Assembly (NCBI RefSeq): GCF_006345805.1
Contig: NC_043018.1
Span: 1,054,001 to 1,118,000, forward strand
DNA length: 64,000 nt
Direction of reading: 5' to 3'
DNA from: Octopus sinensis
Lineage: Eukaryota
Part shown: positions 12,566 to 27,099 of the stretch, piece after piece
Position numbering within the stretch: the stretch's first letter is position 1
Layout: every line of letters starts with the position of its first letter
Program-made: the position numbers and the translations under genes
The notes under the pieces: generated by a model
Seen by the model: only the letters and a program-made list of their open reading frames with translations
Told to the model about the DNA's origin: nothing
Database searches by the model: none

Positions 12566-15500
12566 GCACTTATAAACTATTTGTTTCTAGCCTTCTGCCA
12601 CAATATCTATAATCGAAATATATATACCGTTAACATCTCGTGTTTTAATCAGACCCAATCTCTACCTACGACTATTTCTCCCAATATGGCTACGTGTTAC
12701 AATAGATTGGGTTTATTTGAGGAATTATTTTCTTGCTATATCGAACAGGTGAAGCAATAATCTAAGATCTCTCATTTCAGTTCGATTTGGAAGTAGAATA
12801 TTGATATATATATATATGTTTTACTGTTCTTTTCTTTCTCTGTGTTGGCCTTGATCAATAAGTTTGTGTGTTGAAACACCTTCTGGCTCGACTCCACCAT
12901 CTCACATTTTAATATATTATACTAAATGTACATTATTATACACATTCTTCCATTAGCACCGTTGGCTGCGCTCTTTTGAAACAGATTTACCATATTTATT
13001 TTTTCGAGCACACCGATCTTCGTCCGCTATACTGTCCTTCTTCTTTCGAAGAATAACATATAGTTTTTCTTTCTACATTATATGAATCCAGTTTCTTATT
13101 TTATCTTGTTAGAGCTGAGTATCGTTGATATCAGCATTAATAGTTTATCTTCAAATTCTATTGGAAACGAAATTGTGTCAACTACACTTTATGGCATCAT
13201 GCAAATGGCTCGTCTATTATTTTCAGCAATTAGTTATTGAAATCAGAACAGAAACATGGCACTGCTATTATAAAATATCACCTCTCAGCTTCGTGCCAAT
13301 ATCAAACAGCCGCATAAATGCTGACCTTTATAGAATATGTCTAAAACTTTGCAGCAAGTTAAAGCAAAACACGATAAGATATAATCTAATCAGTTAATCA
13401 AGTGTGAAGATCATTTAATATTTCCAAAAGAGCCCATTGGTTCATGTGACCCAAATAAGAATAATTGTGGGTCATCTGACAAAAGAATCGGCTATTTTCT
13501 TGATATCATTTGTTATTCCTTATTTTATATTCCTTCTCCGTTTGGTCTACAATTGTTTGTATTTATCAGTTATTGATTATTTCCGATGCGAAATGTTAAT
13601 GTAGATTTACTGTATCTTGCAGTACAGAGATGTTTTCGAAAAACCTTTGTCACTGTGGCATAAAGGAATGCTGCAGCAGAAACATATTCTGGTATTAAAC
13701 AGCGATGACCTTGAAAGGAAATCTTTAATAAATAATATGCTTTGCACATATATATATATATCTTCAATCAGACTGTATAACATGTTGCTTAGAACATAAA
13801 TGATTGGTTTTCGCAGCGAATCAATGCTCCTGTACCTTTCTTTAGCAATGCGTCATCAATACTGAATGATATACGTAAGCAGTTATTGTATGATTGAACA
13901 AGAAGCAAACACTACAGAAAGGAATCTGCAGTATAGTTTCAAACAAGCTGGATGTCATTTCACAACGTCAAGAATAAGAAATATCTCCTACAATGAAACC
14001 AGATTATTTGTGCAAATTTTTGTATTTTAAAATGAGGGCAAAAAGCGATCCTTAACTAAACCGATGTATCCTCGAGAACCAAACTTTACGCCCTTAAAAG
14101 TATTTAAAGTAAGAAAAAAAATGAAATAACTCGAGATCAGACACCTAAATAATGTCATTGGAAAGTTGCTCAAAGAGGTCTCCTGGAAAGCTATCGTAAT
14201 CCTAATAAACAATGAAGAACATTTTGGACAATAAATTTTGGTTTTAAGATCATTGTTAACAAAGCAGAATCGTTCTGACAGTAATAACTTTCAGCTCGGG
14301 GTGGATGTGTGAAGAAGCCAAATAAACAAACAGTATCAGAAGCAGCATAAAAAAGACAATTACAGATGGTATAATTCACTGTTTTATTACACTACGGTTA
14401 ATATAACCGGATGGTTCTGGCACCAATATTTTTCGTCATATATTTCTCTTTCCAAGATGAATTATTGTTATGAAAGCCGGTTGTATTTCTCGGTGAAGGA
14501 TATTGTCTTATCTATTCTATTCCTCCCGAATCATTTATCTCTCCTCCATACGGTCTGATATCACCGTTATTCCTATCAGCTCTATCAACGACCTCTCTAT
14601 GATCGCAATCATTTCCAACAGGTGCTTATGATTAATTACTTTCCACTTATTGTTACATCATTTGAATATGTAAGGTTATTCTCTCCTATATATCTGTATT
14701 CTTTAATATGTTTCACAGTGTACGATTTTATGTAAATTTCAGTTATGCTCCCAACAGTTCAGGTGTCGAGGCTTCCCTCGAGAAAGCTGTTTCATTGTAC
14801 GAAATCGATACATAATTCTTTAAATGATCATACTTAGGTAGAGATAAGTTCTGTATATTCTGAGTGTGTCATATAGTTTGAATTTTGGTTGGTGATAATT
14901 TAAAGACGACACTATCTCCCACGGGAATTGAAAGTTTGTCACAATATTCCTTTCGTTAATGATATGGCTTATACGTAATTCACTGAGATACATACTGATT
15001 GAGAGAAATAAAGTAATAACGCAATAAATCGGTTTGTCTTATGTGCAAAGACGTTCCTCAGTAATGACACGTGTATACCGCTGTGCACTTGTGTGTATGT
15101 TGGAGAGAGAGAGAATCTGAAGCTGATTTATCCTAAATACAAAAGCATCGTTGAAATAGTGATGACGTAATACACAATCTAAGTATGGATCAGTGTCAGA
15201 TTAATGAAGTGACAATTTGTTATCATCGAAACATTCCGGTTTATTTCTAAATATTCCATAATGTTACCCTCGTTGGTGCTGTAAAATTTGTTTAGTATCT
15301 TGTCGCCTTTTTACCACACGACCAACTTATATTCCGGCAATCACCATCGTACATTTTGCTTCAGACAGTAGCGCAAACAAAATTTTGTTTTATTAAGTTG
15401 TCAGTGAGTAAAGAGCTGTCCCCTTCAAACTTGTTTAAGCTTCAGGGACTGGAGATAACAAAAGAAGTGGTGTTTTTCAGCTAGGATTCAAATTTCTCAT

Positions 15501-16963
15501 GTCTCTAACAGAAAACCAAAATTCACCTAAGTGCTGTATGATGCCACTGAACCAAGCGGGACATAATGTGAACGAGATATAACGCAAGGGTTAAGAGAAA
15601 GATATTTTTGATTTTTCTGGGTGTAGAATAAGCCTTGTTGGTTTATTATATATAGTTATAAATATCGCTGTAAATTTCATATAATTCATATTAAAGGAAA
15701 TATCCACGTATGACTATGTGAGTTGATAATCTTGTTAGGCGATACTCTTTTGTTCAGGTTGTTACCACAAACACTGTGTCATTCCGAAAGGACTTTATAT
15801 TGGTTTACCGCAGGAGTAAATTTCCCGCCCACAAACTTATTTACGAAGCGACTGAGATCGTTATGAGAAAGGTGTCCTCGGGCTGCAGGGTCATCAGACT
15901 ATTCGTAAAACAGACTTCGTGTATTGACACCCTGTTAGCGCAACACATTTTGTATTCTCAGAATTTTCGCAAAATTTAGACTTCGCGTATTGACAACAAC
16001 CTATCAGCGCAACACCGTTTGCATTTACCTACTTAACCCAATACAGCCCCTCGTTATTGCAAGTCTTGATAGACCATTAGACAACGCATTTTGCGATATT
16101 TACTTAAATCTTTCAAGTTCAAACCTCGAATCTAGTTGGAGTCGAACTTGTATTTCCTCGTGTTCGGTTCGATAAAATATTGTAGGTGCCATGTAATGAA
16201 TACCGATTCTCACCCGGCTGGGTTCGGGTCATACAATATTGCATTACAATAATATTCTGCTTTTATTCAATGTAATGATCAAGAGTTATACATTACCATT
16301 TTATATTACCAGAGTGTAGTAGAATCTTTCAAAGTTTGAAATTACACGATAAAGTTTCTATCAATACAACATTAAATGTTTCACTATACCAAAATAGAGT
16401 GCCGTAATAATTAGAAATGACAGAAAAAAAAATAGTTGCTTTGCTGTGACATTCATGTATTTCTCATTGTTTCATGAACTCGCGGTAAAAAGAAAACGCT
16501 GGTATATTTTCATTGTAGAGCGGTTCCGTGGCATTCCGTAACAATCAGATGCTTCAACATTTTTTCATTAGCAAATATATCCCTATTGATGTACAATCTT
16601 TAAAATATGTAAAGATTTTGAAATTTGCTGCAATAAATCTATATTTAAATTTACCATGTTATATTTCAGAATATTATTTTTCGATATTCTAAATTATAAG
16701 ATGAATTAATAGTCCAGATTTATGCACGATATTATATGCATATAAATTAATTTCAATTACTGAGCATATCTAAAACTACTTCCGCATAGACAAGGTATAC
16801 ACAAACACATTGACAGGCACACACACACACACACACATATATTAATGTACAATGACAGGAAAGTTTACACATAGTCACATATACGCGCATATATTTGCAT
16901 TACACAAACATCAATATACATAAGTATATATGTAGAAACGTATAACATATACATACATACAAG

Positions 16964-17032
<69 letters not shown>

Positions 17033-17880
17033 ATACTTGTGTAAGCATATTTATATAATTATTGAATTACAAACAGCGATAGTGATAGCAAATAATAAGG
17101 TTATTAATATCAAATATCATCATTATCGTCATTCTCCTCCTCATCATCATCATTGGAATAATATAATTCTAAGCAGTGTCGACATCGTCATCACCACTCC
17201 CATCATGTTTAGATCCATCATCAACCTTGTCTTCAGTTTTTGAAATTGCCAAACTTCCCAAGAAGATAATGTCTTTGTAAGAACACATCGAAGATTCAGA
17301 TATCAATTAGGTAATGTATTGTGGAAGTTTCTATGGAACTGAGTAGTAATATACATATTCTTGTCCTTGAATCTTATCGCTTTTAATTTAGCACCATTTT
17401 CTTTTTTCTTCTCTCCGATGTGTTCTGATAAATAGAAAGAGAACATTCTATAGGCCGATCATCATGTCACGCCAATGGAAGATAATTTGTTTGGCAACAG
17501 AACTTTCCACCAAGCTATTAATTAATTCACTTATTTCAAAGAATCTGTCGAGATTTTCGAAAACCATTAAAATCTCGAAGAATTTGTTCAAAACAAAAAC
17601 AAAAAAAGAAAATAATCAGGAAAATTTACACACTATAAATATAATAAAATAAACAATAACAAATACATATATGCAAATTCTTTTGATGCAATGTTTTGGA
17701 AATTTTGGTAAAATGAGATTTGTTCCATTTTGAAGAATTAATCCAACATAAAATATAAATATATGTATATAACATTCCATGTCTCCCCTTCTCACTTTCT
17801 CTATATCTCTATTCCTCCCTCACTCTGTCTCCATCACTTTCTCTCTAAATTCATACTGACTTATGTATGTGCGTCCATGC

Positions 17881-17912
<32 letters not shown>

Positions 17913-18037
17913 ATGTCTCCGTGTCTGTATGGATGGAAAAATATTTGTGCATACATATATATTTCTGTGTGTACCTGTGCATACCTAATGAGACACAAAT
18001 ATGTGTGCATATATATATATATTATATATATATATTA

Positions 18038-18073
<36 letters not shown>

Positions 18074-18155
18074 GAGAGAGAGAGATGTATGTATATATAT
18101 ATACATATATATGCAAAATAGATACATAGAGAGATAGGTATATACATATAGTTAG

Positions 18156-18186
<31 letters not shown>

Positions 18187-18207
18187 GATATATATATATG
18201 TATGTAT

Positions 18208-18248
<41 letters not shown>

Positions 18249-19039
18249 CTTGTATTTTCTGTCGCTATTATTTTAATCATCTTTCACAATTCATAAATGT
18301 ATTGCTATATATGTATGTATGTATATCTATCTATCGCCATGGCTCTATATGGCAACCACTTATTTTATTTATTTTATTTTTTTTTTTTTGGTTGTTGTAT
18401 CATATTTATATTTGTTTATGTATGCATTTCTGTTTTGTAAGTTTATTTACTAAAATCTGGTGCAGTCTGATGATGGGAAGCTATTATGTATACAACATAC
18501 AAACAATAAACTTAGAAATATGACTGAACATATTCAAATAATAACGAGGGAAAAAAGCAACAACAACAACAACAACACCAATAAACATAACTTAGAAGAA
18601 ACAGAAACACAAGTGTATCAATATTATCAGAGCTCTCGTGTTTGAAGCCATGTTATATTCAGCCATGACTTGTACACTCACACAGAAATGTTTAATATGT
18701 ATATCAATACGAGATCTAATAACTCCAACAACGTTTACGCAAATTAATAAATATATACGCTTTTAGATATGCACGTATATTCACGTAAATAGTGTATCAC
18801 TGGTACTTCGTGTATTCTTGTACAACCTATCATTATTTTCACTTGAAATCTTGTTTTTTTTTTTTGCTTATACGTCTCTTTAATTTTCTGTTTTCAATTT
18901 TGAACCCGAAGAAGATAAGCATAAAGTAGAAATGTCTCTAAGTCATTTCAAATCACATCGCACTCTCCTTATTGTGTATTTGCTGTCTAAAGGAGTCAAG
19001 TCATTCTTCAGACAATTATTATAATAATTATAATTATTG

Positions 19040-19499
19040 AAGGCGGCGAGCTGGCAGAAATGTTAGCACGTCGGGTGAAATGTTTAGCGGTATTTCGTCT
19101 ATCTTTGTTCTGAGTTCAAATTCCGCCGAGGTCGACTTTGCCTTTCATCCTTTCGGGGTCGATTAAATAGGTTCCAGTTACGCACTGGGGTCGCTATAAT
19201 CGACTTAATCCGTTTGTCTGTCCTTTGTTTGTCCTCTCTGTGTTTCGCCCCTTGTGAGTTGTAAAGAAATAGGTATTTCGTCTGCCGCTACGCTCTAAGT
19301 TCAAATTCCACCGAGGTAAACTTTTTCTGTCATCCTTTCGGGGTCGATTAAATAAGTACCAGTTACGCACTGGGATCGATATAATCGACTTAATCCGTTT
19401 GTCTGTCCTTGTTTGTTCCCTCTGTATGTAGCAGTAACGAAAAAAGAAACGTTAGCAGGTGAAGGGCTTAGCAGTATTTCGTCTGTCTTAGGTTCTGAG

Positions 19500-19500
<1 letters not shown>
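19040..19500 (+). mobile_element. SINE family A (tRNA-derived head, Meta/MESC-like central domain), tandemly rearranged copies
   Basis: ggcggcgagctggcagaa...gagttcaaattccgccgaggtcgactttgcctttcatcctttcggggtcgat; a second partial unit follows the tail. The domain name is from recall, not a search. Confidence 0.85.
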
Positions 19501-19568
<68 letters not shown>

Positions 19569-19612
19569 CTGTAAAATAATATGTGCCATTATTCAATAAC
19601 CACATATATATA

Positions 19613-19656
<44 letters not shown>

Positions 19657-20446
19657 ATATATCTGTAAAATAATATGTGCCGATTATTCAATAGCCAACA
19701 TAAAACTCTGAGTCTCGGATGCCGAGGTGGAAATCCACAACACCACCTTTAATACCGTTTTCCCTCTACCAACTCCACTTCCAAGGCCTTGGTTGGCTCC
19801 AGGCTATAGTAGAAGACACTTGCCGAAGGTGCTATACAAGCTTCTTACCGCACAGCTACGCTTGCACCTGATGACTGTGCATGATATCATTTCTTAGTTG
19901 CCTTTCTTTCGTTATATATTCATGCAATTTTCTTGCGTTCTCTCCATTGTAAATTTGAAACGAGGCACTCAACAGAATGTCATTCGTTGTTTGTTTTCCA
20001 TCAGCCAGACTAATAGAGAATAGACTTGCCTGCTGCTGTCGTGTGCGAGAAATTCGATTTTAAGAAATATTGAAGTATGTTTTCTTTTTGATAAATATGT
20101 TTTCTTTTAAGCTTTTCAGAATGGATGAAAAGATCAACTATTAACATCACAGACCAAAGTTATCGAGTACAATATTATCAGGTTTTTGCAAGGAGCAGCT
20201 ATGAGGCAGAATGAATAGTAAACAATTTCATGGAGCGTGATGTCTTCATGGTCGAAATAAAATGAGTGTCTAAGAAGTTGAGAAGTAACTATGAGCGTCG
20301 TCACTCGAATTTTGCATGATATGCGTTGCTCAGTCCTATACAGCAACACGCAACATGCAAGGACAAACAAATACACTCTTTTGAAATCATCAACAACGGA
20401 TGAGATTAACAAATTATCACTGTGTATAAAAATGCTCTCATTTACT

Positions 20447-20665
20447 CTTACTCTTTTACTTGTTTCAGTCATTTGACTGCGGCCGTGCTGGAGCACCGCC
20501 TTTTAGTCGAGCAACTCGACCCTGGGACTTATTCTTTTGTAAGCCCATTACTTATTCTATCGGTCTTTTTTGCCGAACCGCTAAGTAACGGGGACATAAA
20601 CACACCAGCATCGGTTGTCAAGCAATGCTAGGGGAACAAACACAGACACACAAACACCCACACGC

Positions 20666-20729
<64 letters not shown>

Positions 20730-20833
20730 GACGGGCTTCTTTCAGTTTCCGTCTACCAAATCCACTCACATGGCTTTGGTCGGCCCGAAGCTATAGTAGA
20801 AGACACTTTCCCAAGGTGCCACGCAGTGGGACT
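20447..20833 (-). mobile_element. SINE family C (tRNA-derived, CORE-like, internal microsatellite; OK-type)
   Basis: Matches the copies at 42432 and 49690: ttcagtcccactgcgtggcaccttggg...gtagacggaaactgaaagaagcccgtcg-(TA)n-...ggcggtgctccagcatggccgcagtcaaatgactgaaac. Confidence 0.88.
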
Positions 20834-20974
20834 GAACCCGGAATCATTTTCAAAGGTTGCTCTTCTATTTTGTGCAGATATTGAGACCTCCATGTCTACT
20901 AATAGACACTGTTTTCCCTTGTTTTCTCTCAGGTTCTTGCTTCTGTTTTAGTGAGTATGACGCAAATTGAAATG

Positions 20975-21156
20975 ATGGTAAATTTTTTTTTAAATCGTAG
21001 ACTCATCGTAGACGCGCGCTAAAACCCAGAAGGGCTCGATATGAATCACGACTATAAGATACCCGGTTTTGGTTAAACTGCACCGCAAAATGTGGGAGTA
21101 GTTAGGAATCTAAATCGTAGGAGACAGACACACAACTTGACTTTTATATATAAAGA
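20975..21156 (-). mobile_element. Non-autonomous Helitron-like 5' fragment
   Basis: Starts TC-TTTATATATAAAAG...GTGTGTCTGTC; near-identical to 51960-52165; no 3' hairpin-CTAG seen. Confidence 0.55.
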
Positions 21157-21512
21157 TATATCCGAAGTTGATTGCAGTTATCACGCAAATCATGTAATTC
21201 TAATAGAATCATACTTTTGCATAATTTCCTAAGCACTAAACAACCCACCTATCCAATAAAAAATGCAAAGCATGTACTTTCTCCATTATGTAATAGAAGA
21301 GAAGTCTAAGAATGTGATATAGTAGGTTTGTGTGATAGAAGAATGATTGAGAAACACGGTGGTATTTATTGATACAGCTCTAACACGTACAAATTCCGGT
21401 AGGGTGACATGCACTATCACAAGTTCCTGTTATATAAACATAAACAAACCTACACTCACGCTCATTAATCTGCTCCAGCTTTTAATTAATAAGTCATCTC
21501 ACAGAAACATAC

Positions 21513-21543
<31 letters not shown>

Positions 21544-21619
21544 TCATGTATAATGTGATAAAAAAAAGTGATACATACAGCCGTAGAAATATATAGATAG
21601 CGGCAGAATATACATCGTG

Positions 21620-21620
21620 C

Positions 21621-21666
<46 letters not shown>

Positions 21667-21813
21667 ATATATATATATTATATATATATATATATTTATC
21701 TATATATCTGTCTATCTAATTCCTGTTTATGTATCTGTCTTTCTATCTAATTACGTATTTATTAATCTATCTATCTAATTACCTGTTTATTATCTACCTA
21801 TCAAATTACCTAC

Positions 21814-21892
<79 letters not shown>

Positions 21893-21907
21893 CCTAATTA
21901 CCTATCA

Positions 21908-21972
<65 letters not shown>

Positions 21973-22010
21973 ATTACCTGTTTATCTATCTGTCTGTCTG
22001 TATATCTGTA
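21620..22010. repeat. (TATC)n microsatellite field
   Basis: Direct reading. Confidence 0.95.
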
Positions 22011-22414
22011 TATCCATCTCCACGCTAGGGAGGTAAGAAAATAGGACGACACAGAAAAAGCGTAGCGTCAAATAACAACAATATCAACAATCACAACAAT
22101 ACAAGATCTGTCATCGGCGTGTATCAAAATGCGAAATTGATATAATTGAGAGAATGTCGATAATATTTACATAGTTTCCTTGAAGGCGGTACTCCAGCAT
22201 GGTCGCAGTCTGATGACTGAAACCAGTAAAAGAACATGCGACTACACACACACAAACACACACATATATTAACATGGCTATGTCGTAAGATACTTGTTTC
22301 CCAACTACACGGTTCAGAGTTCAGTCCCACTGCATGACTTATACTCTGGCTTGGCCCGACCAAAATTCTGCGAGTGGATCTGGTAGATAGAAACTGGAAG
22401 ACGCCTATCATCGC

Positions 22415-22526
22415 ATATATATATATAGTTAATCCAAACAAGAAAACACAAAAAAACACAGCAACGCGAGGACGTGGAACAAATAAAGTATTATTGGACG
22501 CTCAGGAAAGAAGGGAAGAAGGAGGG

Positions 22527-22530
<4 letters not shown>
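22415..22530 (-). mobile_element. Penelope-type pLTR 3' fragment flanked by (TA)n
   Basis: A second copy lies at ~33418-33495. The reverse complement ttcctgagcgtccaataatac resembles ttcctgagcgccatactaatac in the hammerhead-bearing element at 58215. Confidence 0.45.
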
Positions 22531-22574
<44 letters not shown>

Positions 22575-22659
22575 TACTAATATAGGATGATGATTATTAC
22601 AGAAAAAGATTCATCAAAAAGTCACAGCATATGTAAATACATTTAAAGGTTTTAAAATT

Positions 22660-22800
22660 ATAAACAACTTATAAACAAGGGCAAAAGAAAAATTATTTCT
22701 ATGCCAATATGCTGATTTCTATAGTGGGTATATAATATGGTAACCAGCATATTGGCATAGAAATAATTTTCTTTTGCCCTTTGTTTATATGTTGTTTATA
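22660..22800. repeat. Fold-back inverted repeat, ~55-bp arms, 30-nt spacer
   Basis: 22660-22714 is the near-perfect reverse complement of 22745-22800. Confidence 0.9.
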
Positions 22801-23156
22801 TCTATGTGCCAACACAACACGTCTTTTAAAATAGCATCTGGTCGGATATTGAAGTGGATACTCTCATTAACTCATGGTTCACTCTCTTTCAAACTGAGAA
22901 CTTACATGCCTCAAACTTCAATCTCTTTGCTAAAAGAGTTGTTCATCTCTTTAATAACAGACACGAGAGAAAAACGGAGAATAAACTGAACATATCTCTT
23001 CTTCGTATCGCACCGTGAGTAACCACGTGGATAAACTAGCGAGAATATTTTTTTCCCCTGCAACCCATGATGAACAACAATAACAACAATCACATCAGTA
23101 GCTAAAAGAGCAACAGGATCATGGCCACCTTACCAAAATAGACACACTACCATCTA

Positions 23157-23810
23157 TTTCTTTACTACCCACAAGGGGCTAAACACAGAGGGGACAAACA
23201 AAGGGATTAAGTCGATTATACCGACCCCAGTGCGTAACTGCTACTTAATTTATCGACCCAGAAAGGATGAAAGGCAAAGTCGACCTCGGCGGAATTTGAA
23301 CTCAGAACGTAACCGCAGACGAAATACCTATTTCTTTATTACCCACAAGGGGCTAAACACAGAGGGGACAAACAAGGACAGACATAGGTATTAAGTCGAT
23401 TACATCGACCCCAGTGGGTAACTGGTACTTAATTTATCGACCCCGAAAGGATGAAAGGCAAAGTCGACCTCGGCGGAATTTGAACTCAGAACGTAACGGC
23501 AGACGAAATACCTATTTCTTTATTACCCACAAGGGGCTAAACACAGAGGGGACAAACAAGGAAATGCAAACGGATACCTATTTCTTTACTACCCACAAGG
23601 GGCTAATCACAGAGGAGACAAACAAGGACAGGCAAACGGATTAAGTCGATTATACCGACCCCAGTGCGTAACTGGTACTTAATTTATCGACCCCGAAGGG
23701 ATGAAAGCAAAGTCGACCTCGGCGGAATTTGAACTCAGAACGTAACCGCAGACGAAATACCACTGAGCATTTCGCCCGGCCTGCTAACGTTTCTGCAAGC
23801 TCGCCGCCCG
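23157..23810 (-). mobile_element. Concatenated SINE family A units
   Basis: Three to four partial or complete units joined tail-to-internal position (gacgaaatacctatttctttattacccacaagg). Confidence 0.88.
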
Positions 23811-24254
23811 ATACACTACCATCATCGTCGTCGTCGTCTCTATTTCCATCTTCTACTGCTACTCCCCTCCACTTCTTCCCCCTCTTCCTCTTCTCCTCCT
23901 ACTACTACACTTAGCTACCAATTACAAACATTCCATTTTAACTCTGCCAGTGACCAATCCCAACCACTCCTACATCTTCCACCACAGATCCACTAACAAA
24001 CTCAAGTATCATTGCTAGTACTACTGTCTCGGCCTGTGTACGAAATCAATCAATGCTTCGACCCCACTCTCCAGTCCCCACTCCCCTATTACCATTAATG
24101 TCAAACATAATCAGCCGAAATTGCGAAGATGATCTGGTTCTTGACTGAAGACTGAAGGCTTCGAATGTCCCGTCCGTGTTTTTTTTTTTTTTTGTGTCGT
24201 CTTCTAAATGTTTCACGTTCTTGTCCCAGTTTGTATTTTTTTACTTTTACATAT

Positions 24255-24480
24255 ATATATAGTTGTGGGTGGGTGTCTTTGTGTCTGTGTTCGTCCCACT
24301 GCTTCCGTTTGACAACCGGTGTTGGTATGTTTACAGCCCGTAAGTTAGAGTTTCGGTGAAATAGTCAAAGAAGTACTAGGCTTACAAAAAAATAAGTCCC
24401 GCGGTCGATTTCTTCGCCTAGATATTTTAAGGCGGTTCTCCAGCATGGCCACAGTCATATGACTTAAAGAAGTAAAAGAA
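24255..24480 (+). mobile_element. SINE family C, 3' half
   Basis: ttgacaaccggtgttggt...aaggcggttctccagcatggccacagtc. Confidence 0.75.
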
Positions 24481-24497
24481 TATACATGCATATATAC

Positions 24498-24582
<85 letters not shown>

Positions 24583-24817
24583 ATATATATATACATTACG
24601 GTTATATTTACGCCACATGAATAATAGATGAATTACTCTGTGTTGCTGATTTTACGTTTCTTTAAATCTAGTTGAGACTTGATCTTCAACATCGAGAATC
24701 AAAGAGAATTTGATATTGTCCATTTCATTTCCTTTCTTTGCCTTCATAAATACTGTATCAAAAGTTTAAGTTATCCACCTCACAACTGTTTTTAGACAAC
24801 AGAATATAAATTCAGGA

Positions 24818-25465
24818 AGGCGTCGAGCTGGCAGAAACGTTAGCACGCCGGATGAAATGCTTCACAGTATTTCGTCTGCCGCTACGTTCTGAGTTCAAAT
24901 TCCGCCGAGGTCGACTTTGCCTTTCATCCTTTCGGGGTCGATAAATAAAGTACCTATTTCTTTATTACCCACAAGGGGCTAAACACAGAGAGGACAGACA
25001 AGGAGAATAAGTCGATTACATCGACCCCAGTGCGTAACTGGGACTTAATTTATCGACCCCGAAAGGATGAAAGGCAAAGTCGACCTCGGCGGAATTTGAA
25101 CTCAGAACGTAACGACAGACGAAATACGGCTACGCATTTCGTCCGGCGTGCTAACGTTTCTGCCAGCTCGATGAATTAAGTACTAGTTACACACTGAAGT
25201 CGGTGTAATCGACTTAATCCGTTTGTCTGTCTTTGTTTGTCCCCTCTGTGTTTAGCTCCTTGCGGGCAATAAAGAAATAAGAAATGTTAGCACGACGGAC
25301 GAAATGCTTTAGCGTTATTTCGCCTGTCTTTACGATCTGAGTTCAAATTCCGTCGAGGTCGACTGTGCCTTTCATCCTTTGGACTTCGATATATTAGCCT
25401 CTAGTTGCGTCCTGAGGGAGGATATTTGCCCCTCCCCCAAATCCTCTTGTGCCTAGAGAAGACAA
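24818..25465. mobile_element. SINE family A cluster including a tail-to-tail inverted pair
   Basis: Plus copy 24818-24952, minus copy 24953-25170, further plus pieces to ~25465. Confidence 0.85.
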
Positions 25466-25699
25466 AATATGAATTGAGGAGATATTTGGTTAGTGTTTCT
25501 AGCAAGCCTAATCTCCACATACAGTGGTTATCGCTCATTTGATATTGATGATATTTCTGCTTATATGTGCATGACATCAGGGTTATTTTTACGTTAATTT
25601 ATGCTAAACATATTCATTATTACAGAATACATTTTCTTTCTTGATAACATTTAGCTTTCCGTAAAGCGCATTACGCTTGTGAACTAATACATCGACACA

Positions 25700-26050
25700 C
25701 ATACACATAAACATACATATACACACACAGGTGCACACATACGCGTATGTACACATCCACATATGTTTGTGTATTTATATACATGTCTACATATGTTTGT
25801 TTATATATATTAGTGTATATATACACACAAACACACACACGCGTATATATATACATACATGTATACATATATATGCATGTATATATATTCATGCATACAT
25901 ATACATATATACATGCATATATATACATATACATACATGTATATGTATACATATACATACATATATATATACATATATATATACATATATATAAACATAC
26001 ATACATGTATGTATATACATATATATACATGTATGTATATACATATATAC

Positions 26051-26117
<67 letters not shown>

Positions 26118-26255
26118 ATATACACGTATATATACATACATGTTTATATATATATCCATATAAACATTATGTGTATATATATATATATATTATATATATA
26201 TATATATATATAATATATATATATATACACATATATATATATATATTTATATACA
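25700..26255. repeat. (TA)n/(TACA)n microsatellite field
   Basis: Direct reading; source of the IY-rich ORFs. Confidence 0.97.
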
Positions 26256-27099
26256 TGTTTAGATTGATGGATGAATGGACGGATGGATGCATGGATTTAG
26301 GTACGTCTATACTTGTATGTGGAAATGTACTGAGATTGCTCCCGTACCAATCGATGCTGTTACCGTCGTTATCTTAGTATCACTGTTGATATTACTGATA
26401 CTCACATTTTTGTCAGTCTTCTAACTGATAATGTTGACGACGAAGACGCCGCTGACGACAACAACGACAACGACAACGACAGTATCGAGGGAGCAACGAC
26501 GATGACGATGATAATGATGGAGATGGCGATCGTCATTGTTTCTCCATTATTCTTTTTATGAATATTTCAAAAACTTCTTGCTATTCTTCCTAATAGAATT
26601 CAATAAGGGACGATATGACTGGGAGGCGTTTGAGTAATTACGAGCCACGGTTGATAATTAATCAGTCTTTTTAGAAATAAGTCTCAGATGATTTGCCAGT
26701 TTGATTAATATGACTACCGTCTATCTATGCTATCTACGCAATCACGCTACAAACGATCAATTTGCTACAAATATCTCCATTGATAGAAGAATACCATTAT
26801 ATTGAATATAAAATAAGAGAACCAATCTTTGATGTAGCTGACAAAATTATACATTCCGAAATGCTGTTCAGAGTCAGCTTTATTCTATGTAAATTTCGAT
26901 ATTTTATTCTTCCTATAAAATTATTCTTTCGGTTATTTACCCCCACTCCTCCACCCGCCACTCCCTTGAGAGATGCTGTGTGACCACTGTCCATATGATC
27001 TTCCGATCTACGTTTCTGTATCTTGGTCGACGTTGGGAGAATTGACGAGTCACACCATATTGATAATATCAAGAATCTCGATGGAATCGACTAGAATCT

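Noticed and set aside
22208-22230. CTGATGA-CT-GAAA
   Set aside because: Part of a SINE C tail with no room for stem II. Other isolated CTGANGA hits (~11316, 12369, 27571, 40275) lack a downstream GAAA and stems.
23157-23810. CRISPR-like repeat-spacer array
   Set aside because: The repeats are long SINE segments without unique spacers, in eukaryotic DNA with no cas genes.
24135-24180. CTGAAGA followed by GAAT as a hammerhead
   Set aside because: No GAAA, and no convincing stem I or stem II.
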